Source: Sulfurimonadaceae bacterium (GTDB taxonomy: Bacteria; Campylobacterota; Campylobacteria; Campylobacterales; Sulfurimonadaceae). From it: DNA of 64,000 nucleotides. The DNA is taken from NCBI GenBank assembly GCA_041571435.1, contig JBFFUI010000003.1:61585-125584 (forward strand), in the 5' to 3' direction. Positions within the stretch are counted from its first letter, which is position 1. Each line of letters starts with the position of its first letter. The notes under the pieces were generated by a model. It was not told the DNA's origin and searched no databases. It saw nothing but the letters and a program-made list of their open reading frames with translations. Both the position numbers and the translations under genes were made by a program. Of the stretch, positions 8,894-18,368 are shown in pieces.

Positions 8894-9465
8894 AAAAGTG
8901 TAGCTTTTACATCAAATCAATACGTTACTTTATAGTCAGTCTCAAACTTTCCTAAATTACTTTATAGCACTAGTATTCAACTTTTTTTCTCTGCTCGTAC
9001 AGAGAAAAAACCTTGAGGAAAAAAAGAGAGTACGATACCCTTTGGCCACTATTCACTTTTTTTAAAGTATTAATTCAATACCTCCGTGCATTTTGGCACT
9101 ACTGCCAAAATTAATGTCCTCACGTAGCGATGTATCACTCTTTTGACTTCTCCAACTGGCTGAACAGAAGTTCCTTTAACTCAATGCGACACAATGCACT
9201 GACTACTACCAGACAGTACAATAGGGATAAAAGCGTTAGCTTTTACGTTCATCAATGCGTCACCGCTTGACTCTTTTCGTGGCATCTGCAGAGCTGACTG
9301 AAGTGAGCGGAGTTCCGTTAAGAAAACGGCACTGTCTGAGTGTAGCGAGTTTGTCGTTTTTAGGAACGCCGAGAATGTAAGGAGGGGACCCGGCAGCTCG
9401 CCGGGCTCGAAGCCGCCACGAGAGCTTTTTCGTTTCCTTTTTGGCGGAACAAAAAGGAAAGAGAG
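8894..9465. repeat. Structured non-coding region with diverged direct repeats and multi-hairpin elements (MITE/REPIN-like or ncRNA)
   Basis: ~35-bp diverged direct repeat (8894-8928 / 9229-9263); hairpins at ~8983-9010, 9091-9110, 9312-9367, 9389-9405 and 9433-9460; closing stem 9271-9283 with 9415-9424. Confidence 0.55.
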
Positions 9466-9506
9466 GCAAGATAGAACTTTAATTGAGTCAAAAAACTTTT
9501 GAAGGA

Positions 9507-11327
9507 TTACAGCTCTGCTTTTACTCTCCCCACAAGCTTCTCCGGACTCAACCCAAGCGAAGCTTCGACCAGCTTTGTATTACCGTGCGTGATGAACGCA
9601 TCGTCGTACTCGAAACTGGTCAGTTCGATGTTGTTGATCTTTGCATCGGCCAGGAACTCGAGGATCGCCGAACCGACACCGCCCATCTTGGCACTGTCAC
9701 TGAAGACGAACCATTTCGTATGCTTTTCTGCCAGCGCTTTTAACATCGCTGTATCGAGCGGTTTGACAAAACGCAGGTCCAAAAGCGCCGCATCTTCGTC
9801 CATCAACGCTGCGGTCTGAGCCGCACGTCCGACACCGTTGCCGTAACCGATAAAGAGGATGTCGCCTTCGCTTTCGGCCAGAAGCTGCGCCTTCCCCTCT
9901 TCAAAAGGTACGGCCTCCGGAAGGTCTGCCTCCAGAAATGCCCCCCTCGGGTAGCGCAGCGAAAGCGGGTGGTCATACCGGCTCGCAAACTCTATGGCAT
10001 GATGGAACGACTTCTCATCCCTCGGCGCACAGAGACGCATGTTCGGAATGGCGCGCATGAAGCTGACGTCGAATGCCCCCTGGTGCGTCTCGCCATCCTC
10101 ACCGACCGTTCCTGCCCTGTCCATCGCAAAGACAACCGGCAGATCCATCAGACAGACATCGTGGATCACCTGGTCGTAGCCGCGCTGCATAAAGGTCGAA
10201 TAGATGGTACAAAAAGGCTTGAACCCTTCGGCAGCCAGCGCCCCCATCGAGGTCACCGCATGCTGCTCGGCAATAGCGGCATCCCAAAAACGGTCAGGGT
10301 ACTTCTCAAGCAGTGGCGTCAAGCCGGTACCGCCCGGCATCGCGGCCGTGACACCGACCACTTTGTCGTTCTTTTCGCAAAGCTCCAGCATCGCTTCGGT
10401 GTAGATCTGCGTTGCTGCTTTGGCACCGCTTTTAGGTGCAGCCGAACCGCTTTCACGGTCAAACGGGCCGACCCCGTGCCACTTTTCATGCTGGCCTTCG
10501 GCGATCTTGTACCCTTTGCCCTTTACGGTCTGTGCATGGATGATCACCGGTTTTTTAAGCGCTTTGGCCTTCTCGAAGGTCTCGATAAGAATCTCGAGGT
10601 TATGACCGTCTACGGGGCCGATGTACTCGATGCCCAGCTCTTCAAACAAGATACCCGGGGTGATCAGCTTGAAGGACTCTTCAAAACGTTTGGCAAGATA
10701 ATGTGCACCCTCGCCGAAATTGTCGACAAACGACTCGGTACGCCGTTTGAACTTCTGGTAAAACGGGCTTGCCATCGTCGAGGTCAGGATACGTGACAGC
10801 GCCCCGATCGGTTTGGCGATACTCATCTCATTGTCATTGAGGATGATCACCATCGGGTATTTACGGTCACCCAGCTCGTTCATAGCCTCAAAGGCCATCC
10901 CCGCCGTGATGGAGCCGTCACCGATCATCGCTACCGGGACACGGCTCTCCTGTTCCCCTTTGAGTGCGATCGCCTTGGCCGCACCGACACCCAGAGAGAT
11001 AGAGGTCGAACTGTGCCCGGCGACAAAGAAATCATCTTCCGACTCGGAAGGTTTTGTGTAACCGCAGATCCCCTCGAACTGACGGAGTGTACTGAACGCA
11101 TCCCATCGGTCTGTGATCAGTTTATGCGCATACGCCTGGTGCGAGACGTCAAAGATAAACGGGTCTTTTTTAGAGTCGAAGACCTTATGCATCGCGACGA
11201 TCAGTTCGGTAGCGCCCAGTGTCGAACTGAGGTGTCCGCCGTTGACACTGACCACCTCCAGGATACGTTCACGGATATCACCACAAAGTTTTTGTAATTC
11301 ATCTAATGAATATGATGATATGTCCAT
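9507..11327 (-). CDS. dxs: 1-deoxy-D-xylulose-5-phosphate synthase
   Basis: GGHLSS, DVSHQAY, GDG...LNDN TPP motif, IAEQHAV, DGETHQG; start moved to ATG 11327 (GAGG RBS). Confidence 0.96.
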   Translation of the reverse strand: MDISSYSLDELQKLCGDIRERILEVVSVNGGHLSSTLGATELIVAMHKVFDSKKDPFIFDVSHQAYAHKLITDRWDAFSTLRQFEGICGYTKPSESEDDFFVAGHSSTSISLGVGAAKAIALKGEQESRVPVAMIGDGSITAGMAFEAMNELGDRKYPMVIILNDNEMSIAKPIGALSRILTSTMASPFYQKFKRRTESFVDNFGEGAHYLAKRFEESFKLITPGILFEELGIEYIGPVDGHNLEILIETFEKAKALKKPVIIHAQTVKGKGYKIAEGQHEKWHGVGPFDRESGSAAPKSGAKAATQIYTEAMLELCEKNDKVVGVTAAMPGGTGLTPLLEKYPDRFWDAAIAEQHAVTSMGALAAEGFKPFCTIYSTFMQRGYDQVIHDVCLMDLPVVFAMDRAGTVGEDGETHQGAFDVSFMRAIPNMRLCAPRDEKSFHHAIEFASRYDHPLSLRYPRGAFLEADLPEAVPFEEGKAQLLAESEGDILFIGYGNGVGRAAQTAALMDEDAALLDLRFVKPLDTAMLKALAEKHTKWFVFSDSAKMGGVGSAILEFLADAKINNIELTSFEYDDAFITHGNTKLVEASLGLSPEKLVGRVKAEL

Positions 11328-11395
11328 GTTTACCTCATTACTTGGGAGCGCTGCAGTGACCCTGTTCAAGCGAAACAGGGTTACGGATCTCCGTC

Positions 11396-12334
11396 TTATA
11401 TAGCGCGAATTCTACCATCATCTCTTAGTTGTTCTGCTAAGAGATAAAGATTTTTCACAGCATTCTGGCTTTTTGTCAGATCAGAACCGGACAGTGATGC
11501 CATCACTTTTTTAAATTCGCCCGATGCCTTTGACGACATATTAGCAAAGAACTTCTCCTGCAACTCTTGTGTGACAGCCCTGAGTGCGAACATAAGTTCT
11601 TTTTTATTTACATGGCGCAAAATCTCTTGTATCTCTCTGTTGCTTAACTGTTGCAAAGCGGTACACTCTTTTTGCAGCAGGAAAAACTCTTTATACAAGG
11701 CTCTTTCCAGGCGCATCAACGCCCCATGCGAAACAGGTTTACTCTGCTCAAGACGCGAAATCAGAATTTTCCGCTGGCCGGCACGCATCTCTCTTAAAAT
11801 ATCCAACGCTTTTTTTGGGTCCAGCATCAACACTGTAACGGCCGCGATTTGAGGGTGCTGCTGATTGAGGTACCGCACAGCCTTGTCAACAGCAAACGCT
11901 TCGATCAAGACATAGCCGTCCCTGATTTTCAGAGGCGTAATGATTAATTTATCTCTGGCCTTTTCCAACTGCACGCCAACTGCTTCAGGGCTGCTTGGCG
12001 GTCTGTTAACCACAGGTATCTCGACTTTTGCTTCCGGGGTCGTATCAATCTTCAGCATCTTCTCTTGCGCTAACGGACGCGCCGTCTCATGCAATGGATC
12101 ATGTTCGAAAAAAGAGTAGAAGATGAAGGTCATAGCACCTATAATCAGCACTAACATAAGGTAGATGGTATAGATTGCGACGTCTACGAACATGTCGGGG
12201 AGAGCCGTCGCTTGTGACAGCATAGAAGTACCGTAGAGAAGCAGTACAAGCGCACCGAAAAGAAGTGCCAGCAAGAGCTTAGAGCGTCGTAGCAAGCGCT
12301 GTTTAACATGCTGTGCCAACGCTTCAATCTTCAC
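11396..12334 (-). CDS. Membrane-anchored FliG-like protein (two TM helices + degenerate FliG middle and C domains)
   Basis: QHPQIAAVTVLMLDP resembles FliG EHPQ; REIQEILRHVNKKELMFALR...KFFANMS resembles FliG-C; lies between hisC and dxs. Confidence 0.72.
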   Translation of the reverse strand: MKIEALAQHVKQRLLRRSKLLLALLFGALVLLLYGTSMLSQATALPDMFVDVAIYTIYLMLVLIIGAMTFIFYSFFEHDPLHETARPLAQEKMLKIDTTPEAKVEIPVVNRPPSSPEAVGVQLEKARDKLIITPLKIRDGYVLIEAFAVDKAVRYLNQQHPQIAAVTVLMLDPKKALDILREMRAGQRKILISRLEQSKPVSHGALMRLERALYKEFFLLQKECTALQQLSNREIQEILRHVNKKELMFALRAVTQELQEKFFANMSSKASGEFKKVMASLSGSDLTKSQNAVKNLYLLAEQLRDDGRIRAI

Positions 12335-12351
12335 AGGTCGCGGCTCACATG

Positions 12352-13446
12352 TCAGAGCAGGGAGTCAGCCAGCTCGAAAAAACGGCCGTTTTGCGAAGGT
12401 GTACCGATGGTGACACGGATAGCATTCAGACCGTATCCTTTGAGATCGCGTACGATCATCCCGCGTTCCAACAGCGCTTGCGCTAGTTCGGAAGCACTTC
12501 TTTCGGCATCGAACACCAAGGTGACAAAGTTCGTGAAACTTTCGATCACCTGCAGATTGTGTTTTGCCGCAAAACCATTGTAGCGTCCCATCTCCTCAAA
12601 GTTTTTGGCGATGCACTCCTGCACGAAAGGCTCGTCGTCAAGAGCGACCGTTGCCGCCTCTAACGTCAATGTCGTGATGTTGAACGGCGGACGAAGTTTG
12701 TAAAACGCCTTGATGATGTCAGCACGGGCGATGCCGTAACCGACACGCATACCGCCCAGTCCGTACGCCTTGGAGAATGTCCCCAGATAAACGACATTGT
12801 CATAAGCATCGACAAGCTCTTTCGGCGTTACCGACTTGCTCGCATCTTTATAACGGGTATACTCCATATAAGCACCGTCGACCACTACAAGGGTTTCGGA
12901 ATCGATCTTGTCTAAAAACGCTTTCAGTGCATTCGCATCGATAGCATCGCCGGTCGGATTGTTTGGTGTACAGATAAAGATGATCTCGGGTCTGTGCTCC
13001 AAATAGAGTGCGTAGAACTCTTCAAGATCATGTTCTCTCGATGTTGTACGCACGATCTCCGCGCCCACCAGTTTGGCATAGATCTCATACATCGCAAACG
13101 TGATGGAGTTCATCAGGACCTTGGAGCCTTTTGATGCTTTGGCATGGATGGCAAATTCGATCACCTGATCACTTCCCGCACCGATGATCAGTTCATTTTC
13201 GGCAACGTCATACTTCTTCGACAGCGCCGCTTTCAGGTTCATCATCGAATCATCCGGATACAGGGCCATGTTGCCGATGATCTTGCTGACCGCCGCCTGT
13301 ACCTTCGGTGAACAGCCGTATGGGTTCTCATTGCTTGCCAGCTTGACAACATCTTTGCTCTCTATACCAAAATCGCGAACCACAAGCTCTATCGGCTTGC
13401 CCGCTTCATAACTGACGATATCGTCTAAAACCGGATTAAACTTCAT
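12352..13446 (-). CDS. hisC: Histidinol-phosphate aminotransferase
   Basis: KLASNENP, PNNPTG, DGAY, TFSKAYGLGGMRVGY. Confidence 0.95.
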   Translation of the reverse strand: MKFNPVLDDIVSYEAGKPIELVVRDFGIESKDVVKLASNENPYGCSPKVQAAVSKIIGNMALYPDDSMMNLKAALSKKYDVAENELIIGAGSDQVIEFAIHAKASKGSKVLMNSITFAMYEIYAKLVGAEIVRTTSREHDLEEFYALYLEHRPEIIFICTPNNPTGDAIDANALKAFLDKIDSETLVVVDGAYMEYTRYKDASKSVTPKELVDAYDNVVYLGTFSKAYGLGGMRVGYGIARADIIKAFYKLRPPFNITTLTLEAATVALDDEPFVQECIAKNFEEMGRYNGFAAKHNLQVIESFTNFVTLVFDAERSASELAQALLERGMIVRDLKGYGLNAIRVTIGTPSQNGRFFELADSLL

Positions 13447-14525
13447 AACTCCCCTCTTACATAACTGCCTAAGCAGGTGATCTCTTCTTTGTGGTCTTGC
13501 ACGACCGATTGGATGTTCGCATCGTCAATATGCCCGTAGATATCCATAAAGAACCAGTAGGCAAATCCGCTCTCATCGTGGGCAGGACGTGACTCGATCT
13601 TGCTCATGTTGATCTTGGCCTTCTCAAAATCACTCAAGAAGTTGACCAGTGCACCCGATTTATCCGCATCTTTCAGGCGGACAAAAAGTGATGTCTTGTC
13701 TTCGCCGCTCTGCGCATTTCGGAAGTCGCTCAGAATAAAAAAGCGCGTGGTGTTGTCGTGCACATCTTCGATATTCTCAAACATCGTCGGTACCCCATAG
13801 AGCTTCGCGGCGATATGACTGCATATCGCTGCCGCTTGTGGGTCTTCCGACGCCAGGATCGCTGCTTTGGCGGTTGACTCGACCGGAATCTGTTCAATGT
13901 GCAGCAGTTCATGCAGCTGTAAAAACTCACGGCACTGGCCAAAACCCTTGTCTTTTGAGTAGATCCGTTTGATGTCCTTAAAGTGCTCCGCCTTGGTAGC
14001 GAAGGCCATATGGATCGGCATATAAAGCTCCGCCACGATCTTGATCGGGCTCTTTGCAAGCAGGTCAAGCGTCTCGCCGACAATACCGTCGCGTGAGTTC
14101 TCTATAGGAACGACACCGAATTTTGCACGGCCCGACTCGACAGTTTTGAAAACAGAGTGGATCGAGCCGACGGAGAGATAGTCACTCATCGCACCGAAAC
14201 GCGACTCTGCCGCCTGGTGGGTAAAGCTTCCTTCCGGACCAAGATAAGCGATACGTTCCGGCAGCTCAAGGTTGCGCGAGACGGCGAAAATCTCAAGATA
14301 GAGCGCTTCAATGGCCGCATGGTTAAGAAGACCGCCGTCTGCTTTGGATTTAGCACTGAGACGTTCGATGATCGCTTTTTCACGCTCCGGACGGTAGATG
14401 GCACCGCCTGTCTCGTGTTTGATCTCACCGACACGTTCAACAACACGCATACGTTCATTCAGCAGATCAAGCAGCGCTTCGTCAATACGGTCGATCTCTC
14501 TGCGACAATCGTCTAATGTTTTCAT
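13443..14525 (-). CDS. pheA: Chorismate mutase / prephenate dehydratase (P-protein)
   Basis: N-terminal chorismate mutase (IDRID...RPERE), YLGPEGSF, PIENS, NTTRF, ACT domain with KIESRP. Confidence 0.95.
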   Translation of the reverse strand: MKTLDDCRREIDRIDEALLDLLNERMRVVERVGEIKHETGGAIYRPEREKAIIERLSAKSKADGGLLNHAAIEALYLEIFAVSRNLELPERIAYLGPEGSFTHQAAESRFGAMSDYLSVGSIHSVFKTVESGRAKFGVVPIENSRDGIVGETLDLLAKSPIKIVAELYMPIHMAFATKAEHFKDIKRIYSKDKGFGQCREFLQLHELLHIEQIPVESTAKAAILASEDPQAAAICSHIAAKLYGVPTMFENIEDVHDNTTRFFILSDFRNAQSGEDKTSLFVRLKDADKSGALVNFLSDFEKAKINMSKIESRPAHDESGFAYWFFMDIYGHIDDANIQSVVQDHKEEITCLGSYVRGEL

Positions 14526-15300
14526 ATCTTCTCTCCCACTTCCATCATATCGGCACAGATCAACTCTGGTCGCTGTGCCGGTGCTAACATCGGAATGATC
14601 TCATCTGCACTCTTGTATTTTCCGCTCAGCACGAAGAGCGTCCGCATGCCCAACATTTTCGCACCGACAAGGTCACCGGTGACATCATCACTGATTATGG
14701 TGATTTTATCAAAACTTGCCTCATTTTCTTGCATCTGCAGCTTCTGCAGGGCACTTTCGTAAAAAAGCCGACTCGGTTTGCCCACCACGTCATACTCGGC
14801 CGACGTCGCAAAGCTGAGCATCTTCAAGATAGCACCGACACCCGGATAACGCTTTCCATCTTTGGCGTACAGTGATGTCTCGTGCATTCCGACCAACCGT
14901 GCCCCCTGCAGAACAAACTCTATCATCTGCGCATACTCTTCGCTGTCAAAATGCTGTTTGATACCGATAATGACTGCTTCTGGGGTTTGAAAGTCAAGTA
15001 TGTACCCCAAGTTTGCAAGCTGTTCCAGAAATGTGTCCGATCCGTATACGGCAACCCTGCTACCGATTCCCACCTTTGAGGGCAGCAGCAGTAAGGGGTC
15101 CAGGTAATGTGCTTCATCGATACCGAACCCGAGTTTATTAAGATAAGTTCTAAACTCTTGCGAGCCCTGTTTTGTGTTGTTTGTGATGATCATGTAGGGA
15201 GTTCTATGGGATTGAGCCGGGCGATGAAGTCAATCGCCCCGCGAATAGGGCGACGATCTCTGTCGTCAATCAATGTCCCTTGAACATCAATAAAGTACAT
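14522..15300 (-). pseudogene. HAD-IIA hydrolase (NagD-like) with apparent 1-nt frameshift near 15205-15212
   Basis: ATG at 15300 gives MYFIDVQGTLID (HAD motif I) but stops after 36 aa; the rest (ITNN, GKP, SDD...D, GKY) is in the 14522-15193 frame; the offset of 107 nt is not divisible by 3. Confidence 0.75.
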
Positions 15301-15301
15301 C

Positions 15302-16507
15302 TCAGTCCAAAAACTCTTTTTCAAGCGCAATCAGGTCCTCAAAAGTCTCACGACGACGGATAAGACGGTCTTTTCCGCCTTCTACTGCAACCTCTGCCGA
15401 ACGCCCTCTTGTGTTGTAGTTACTACCCATACCGAAACCGTAGGCTCCGGCGCTGTGCACGACGAGAAGATCATCATGCTCAAGTGCCGGCAGTTCATAG
15501 TCCTTGGCCAGGAAGTCACCGCTTTCACAGACCGGTCCGACGACGTCCGCTTTACTTGTCTCACCCTCTTTGCCGATCGCTTCGACAAAGTGGTAGGCGT
15601 TATAAAGGCTTGGGCGGATCAGATCGTTCATCGCCCCATCGACGATGACAAAACGTTTGTCATCGTTCTTCTTCTCATACATCACCTTCGTCAGGAAGTA
15701 ACCTGCATTCGCGGTCAGAAAACGCCCCGGTTCGCCGACGACCGTAATGTCAAGCCCGGTCAGTGTTCCGAGTATTGCCTGTCCGTAGTCGTATGGATCG
15801 ATCGTCGTCTCATCATCATACTTGATCCCAAGTCCGCCGCCGACGTCGAAGAACTTGAGGTCGATGTCGATCGCCTGCAGTGAACGGACAAGATCGGCAA
15901 CGATCTCGCTCGCTTCACGGATAGGGTCAAGTTCCGTCAGCTGCGAACCGATGTGTGAGTGGATCCCTACCGGGTCAAGATGTTCCGAGTTTTTCGCCCG
16001 GATATACATGCGTTTCGCCGTGTTGATATCAACACCGAACTTGTTCGCATGGAGCCCTGTCGAGATATAGGGGTGTGTCTTCGGATCGATGTTCGGGTTG
16101 ACACGGATACTGATACGCACCTGCGCATTCATCTCTTTGGCGATCGTCTCGACACGTTCCAGTTCGCCGTCACTCTCGAGGTTGATGTAGAGAATGTCCC
16201 GTTCGATCGCCTCGCGGATCTCCTCATCACCTTTGCCCACGCCTGAAAAGATAATCTTGTATTTCGGTATGCCGGCCAGAAAAGCACGGCGTACTTCACC
16301 GATAGAGACACAATCCGCCCCGGCACCAAGTTTTGCAAAATGGCGCACAACACTCAGGTTTGAATTGGCCTTGACCGCATATGCCAATATCGCCTTACGC
16401 CCTTTAAAAGCACTTTTCAGAGATTCGTACTGCTGTGTCATATGATCAAGATCATACACATAAAGTGGGGTTTTATATTTGTTTGCTAATGCTTTAAAGT
16501 CCATCAC
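15302..16507 (-). CDS. lysA: Diaminopimelate decarboxylase
   Basis: YAVKAN, HIGSQ, GGG, EPGR, GPVCESGD, SNYN. Confidence 0.96.
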   Translation of the reverse strand: MMDFKALANKYKTPLYVYDLDHMTQQYESLKSAFKGRKAILAYAVKANSNLSVVRHFAKLGAGADCVSIGEVRRAFLAGIPKYKIIFSGVGKGDEEIREAIERDILYINLESDGELERVETIAKEMNAQVRISIRVNPNIDPKTHPYISTGLHANKFGVDINTAKRMYIRAKNSEHLDPVGIHSHIGSQLTELDPIREASEIVADLVRSLQAIDIDLKFFDVGGGLGIKYDDETTIDPYDYGQAILGTLTGLDITVVGEPGRFLTANAGYFLTKVMYEKKNDDKRFVIVDGAMNDLIRPSLYNAYHFVEAIGKEGETSKADVVGPVCESGDFLAKDYELPALEHDDLLVVHSAGAYGFGMGSNYNTRGRSAEVAVEGGKDRLIRRRETFEDLIALEKEFLD

Positions 16508-16615
16508 TATCTTTCCTTACAGAGGCATTTAATTGCTGGAATATTAGCAAAATGGTGCTTATGAAGAGCTCGAATCGGTTGCGAAAAGCGCTGCAAAAAA
16601 GTGGGGAGAGCCGAT

Positions 16616-17704
16616 TTATGGAAGAGGTTTTCTTTTCCCCGGTGTCGAATAGCGGCGCCACTGCCATATCGCCCCTATAAAAAGCAGTACGATAGGCAGT
16701 ACGATACCGACTTCACTCGGTATCGCTTTGTTGAATGCCAGTTCGGACATGACAAAGAGGGTCGTCCAGCTGACGAGTGATGCCAAAATGGCCCCGAAAC
16801 TGAAGAGCGTGATGTTCAAAAAACGCTGTGAGATCGGTACAAAGAAGAAGATAATGATCACCATGCTCGGAACAAAAAACGGACTGAGAAAGGTCTTGTA
16901 CAGGGCACTCTTGATCCGATCGATGTTGACATTCTGTTCGTTTAACAAGAACAATGCATCGACGGCATCCATAATGGTATAGTTGACTTTGCCCTCATAG
17001 ACCTGGTCGAGTATCTTCGGCTTAAAGCCTTTCAAGATCGACAGGTTCTCACTTTCATCGATACTGATACCCTGACCGTCGAACGATATAATATCCGGTT
17101 TTTTCAATAGGTCTGCTTTGGGGACATGCCAGCTTTCATCAGCGTAATAGGCACTTTTGGCGATCACGACTTCGTTTAGATCACTCCCCTCCATCTTAAA
17201 GATCCGTATATCCGTTGCACGTTGCTGCAGCGGATAGAGATGGCCGAAATAGACATATTGGTTTTCAAATGTAAAAAAAAGATTGGAGGTCGGCTGAATG
17301 TAGCTTGAATGTTTTTTGATCCCGCTGGCAAACTCTTCGGCTCTCGCAAATGGTGCCGTCGCGTGCAGCGCAATATAGAAAAAGACAACGCCAATGGAGA
17401 CAACGACAAACGGCTTAAGAATGTCGTTTTTTGAGTACCCGATGGAGTAGAATGCGACCAGTGCATTTGAGCGGATCAGCAGCACTTTTGTCGAGATCAT
17501 CCCAAAGACAAGCGAAAGTGGCAGCAGCATGTCGATGGCATAGAAGGTTCTGTAGACAAGATAGACGATAACGAGGTTGGCAGAGTCAGGAAGCTTTGCT
17601 GCGGCGTCCATATAGTCAAGGCCGACCATAAATAACGCGAGCGCCGACAGAATGATCAACGCATATTTGATGTAATGAAAAGCGATATACCGAAAAGCTA
17701 GCAC
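16616..17704 (-). CDS. LptF/LptG family LPS export ABC permease
   Basis: 3+3 TM architecture with periplasmic domain, LLPLSL and RSNALVAFYSIG motifs; syntenic position after pth. Confidence 0.85.
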   Translation of the reverse strand: MLAFRYIAFHYIKYALIILSALALFMVGLDYMDAAAKLPDSANLVIVYLVYRTFYAIDMLLPLSLVFGMISTKVLLIRSNALVAFYSIGYSKNDILKPFVVVSIGVVFFYIALHATAPFARAEEFASGIKKHSSYIQPTSNLFFTFENQYVYFGHLYPLQQRATDIRIFKMEGSDLNEVVIAKSAYYADESWHVPKADLLKKPDIISFDGQGISIDESENLSILKGFKPKILDQVYEGKVNYTIMDAVDALFLLNEQNVNIDRIKSALYKTFLSPFFVPSMVIIIFFFVPISQRFLNITLFSFGAILASLVSWTTLFVMSELAFNKAIPSEVGIVLPIVLLFIGAIWQWRRYSTPGKRKPLP

Positions 17705-17773
17705 AGCAAAATCCCTTTACATATAGATGATTCTAAATTTTACCCAATCTTGCTAAAGAGCGGCCTTATTGAC

Positions 17774-18367
17774 TTACTCTCCGTCGGGAAAGGCGATCGG
17801 TTTGTTCGCTTTGTTGGGTACTTTTTTGATCGAGTACTTCGAAGCGACATCTTCCCAGGAAGGGGTTCGCCACAACGCCTCAATGGCATTGGCGGCCTGT
17901 GCGATCTGTGCTTTAAGCTGCTCTTGCTGGCTCTCGTCGTATTTGCCGAGGACAAAACTGGTGACTTCGCCTTTATGCTCCGGACGTCCTATGCCCATCC
18001 GGACACGAACGTACTCTTTTCCGATCAAAGCATCTGTCGACTTGAGGCCATTATGACCACCGTGTCCTCCTCCGATCTTAAAGCGGAGTGCGCCGAAAGG
18101 AAGGTCAAGGTCATCATGGATCACAATAACGTCATCAATTTTAAAAAACTTTTTTACAGCGGCGACTGAACGGCCGGAAAGGTTCATAAAAGTGGTGGGT
18201 TTGAGTAAAAAATGCTCTTTGATCTTGAATAGTTCGCCTTCGAAAGCGGCTTTGTTTATGGTGTCATGGGAGTGACGTGAAAGAAGTTCATCTATGACCA
18301 TAAACCCGACATTATGTCGTGTTTCGGCATAGGCCGAACCGGGGTTACCAAGTCCGACAATAAGCAA
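17774..18367 (-). CDS. pth: Peptidyl-tRNA hydrolase
   Basis: VGLGNPG, TRHNVGF, KPTTFMNLSG, HDDLD, GGHNG. Confidence 0.97.
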   Translation of the reverse strand: MLIVGLGNPGSAYAETRHNVGFMVIDELLSRHSHDTINKAAFEGELFKIKEHFLLKPTTFMNLSGRSVAAVKKFFKIDDVIVIHDDLDLPFGALRFKIGGGHGGHNGLKSTDALIGKEYVRVRMGIGRPEHKGEVTSFVLGKYDESQQEQLKAQIAQAANAIEALWRTPSWEDVASKYSIKKVPNKANKPIAFPDGE

Positions 18368-18368
18368 A

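Noticed and set aside
8894-9263. Possible degenerate CRISPR array
   Set aside because: Only two diverged repeat copies 335 bp apart and no cas genes
9260-9469. 69-aa minus-strand ORF in the pgeF-dxs gap
   Set aside because: It coincides with the palindromic element, has no RBS and has an atypical composition; treated as non-coding
9969-10796. 275-aa plus-strand ORF and similar long antisense ORFs (for example 19094-19762 alternative frame, 23139-23744, 30370-31026, 50720-51340, 55380-56129)
   Set aside because: They overlap well-supported genes and are the expected by-product of codon bias
11356-11384. Hairpin gtgaccctgtt...aacagggttac upstream of dxs, as terminator or riboswitch
   Set aside because: No U-tract and no recognisable aptamer; function cannot be assigned (it sits where fliH would be)
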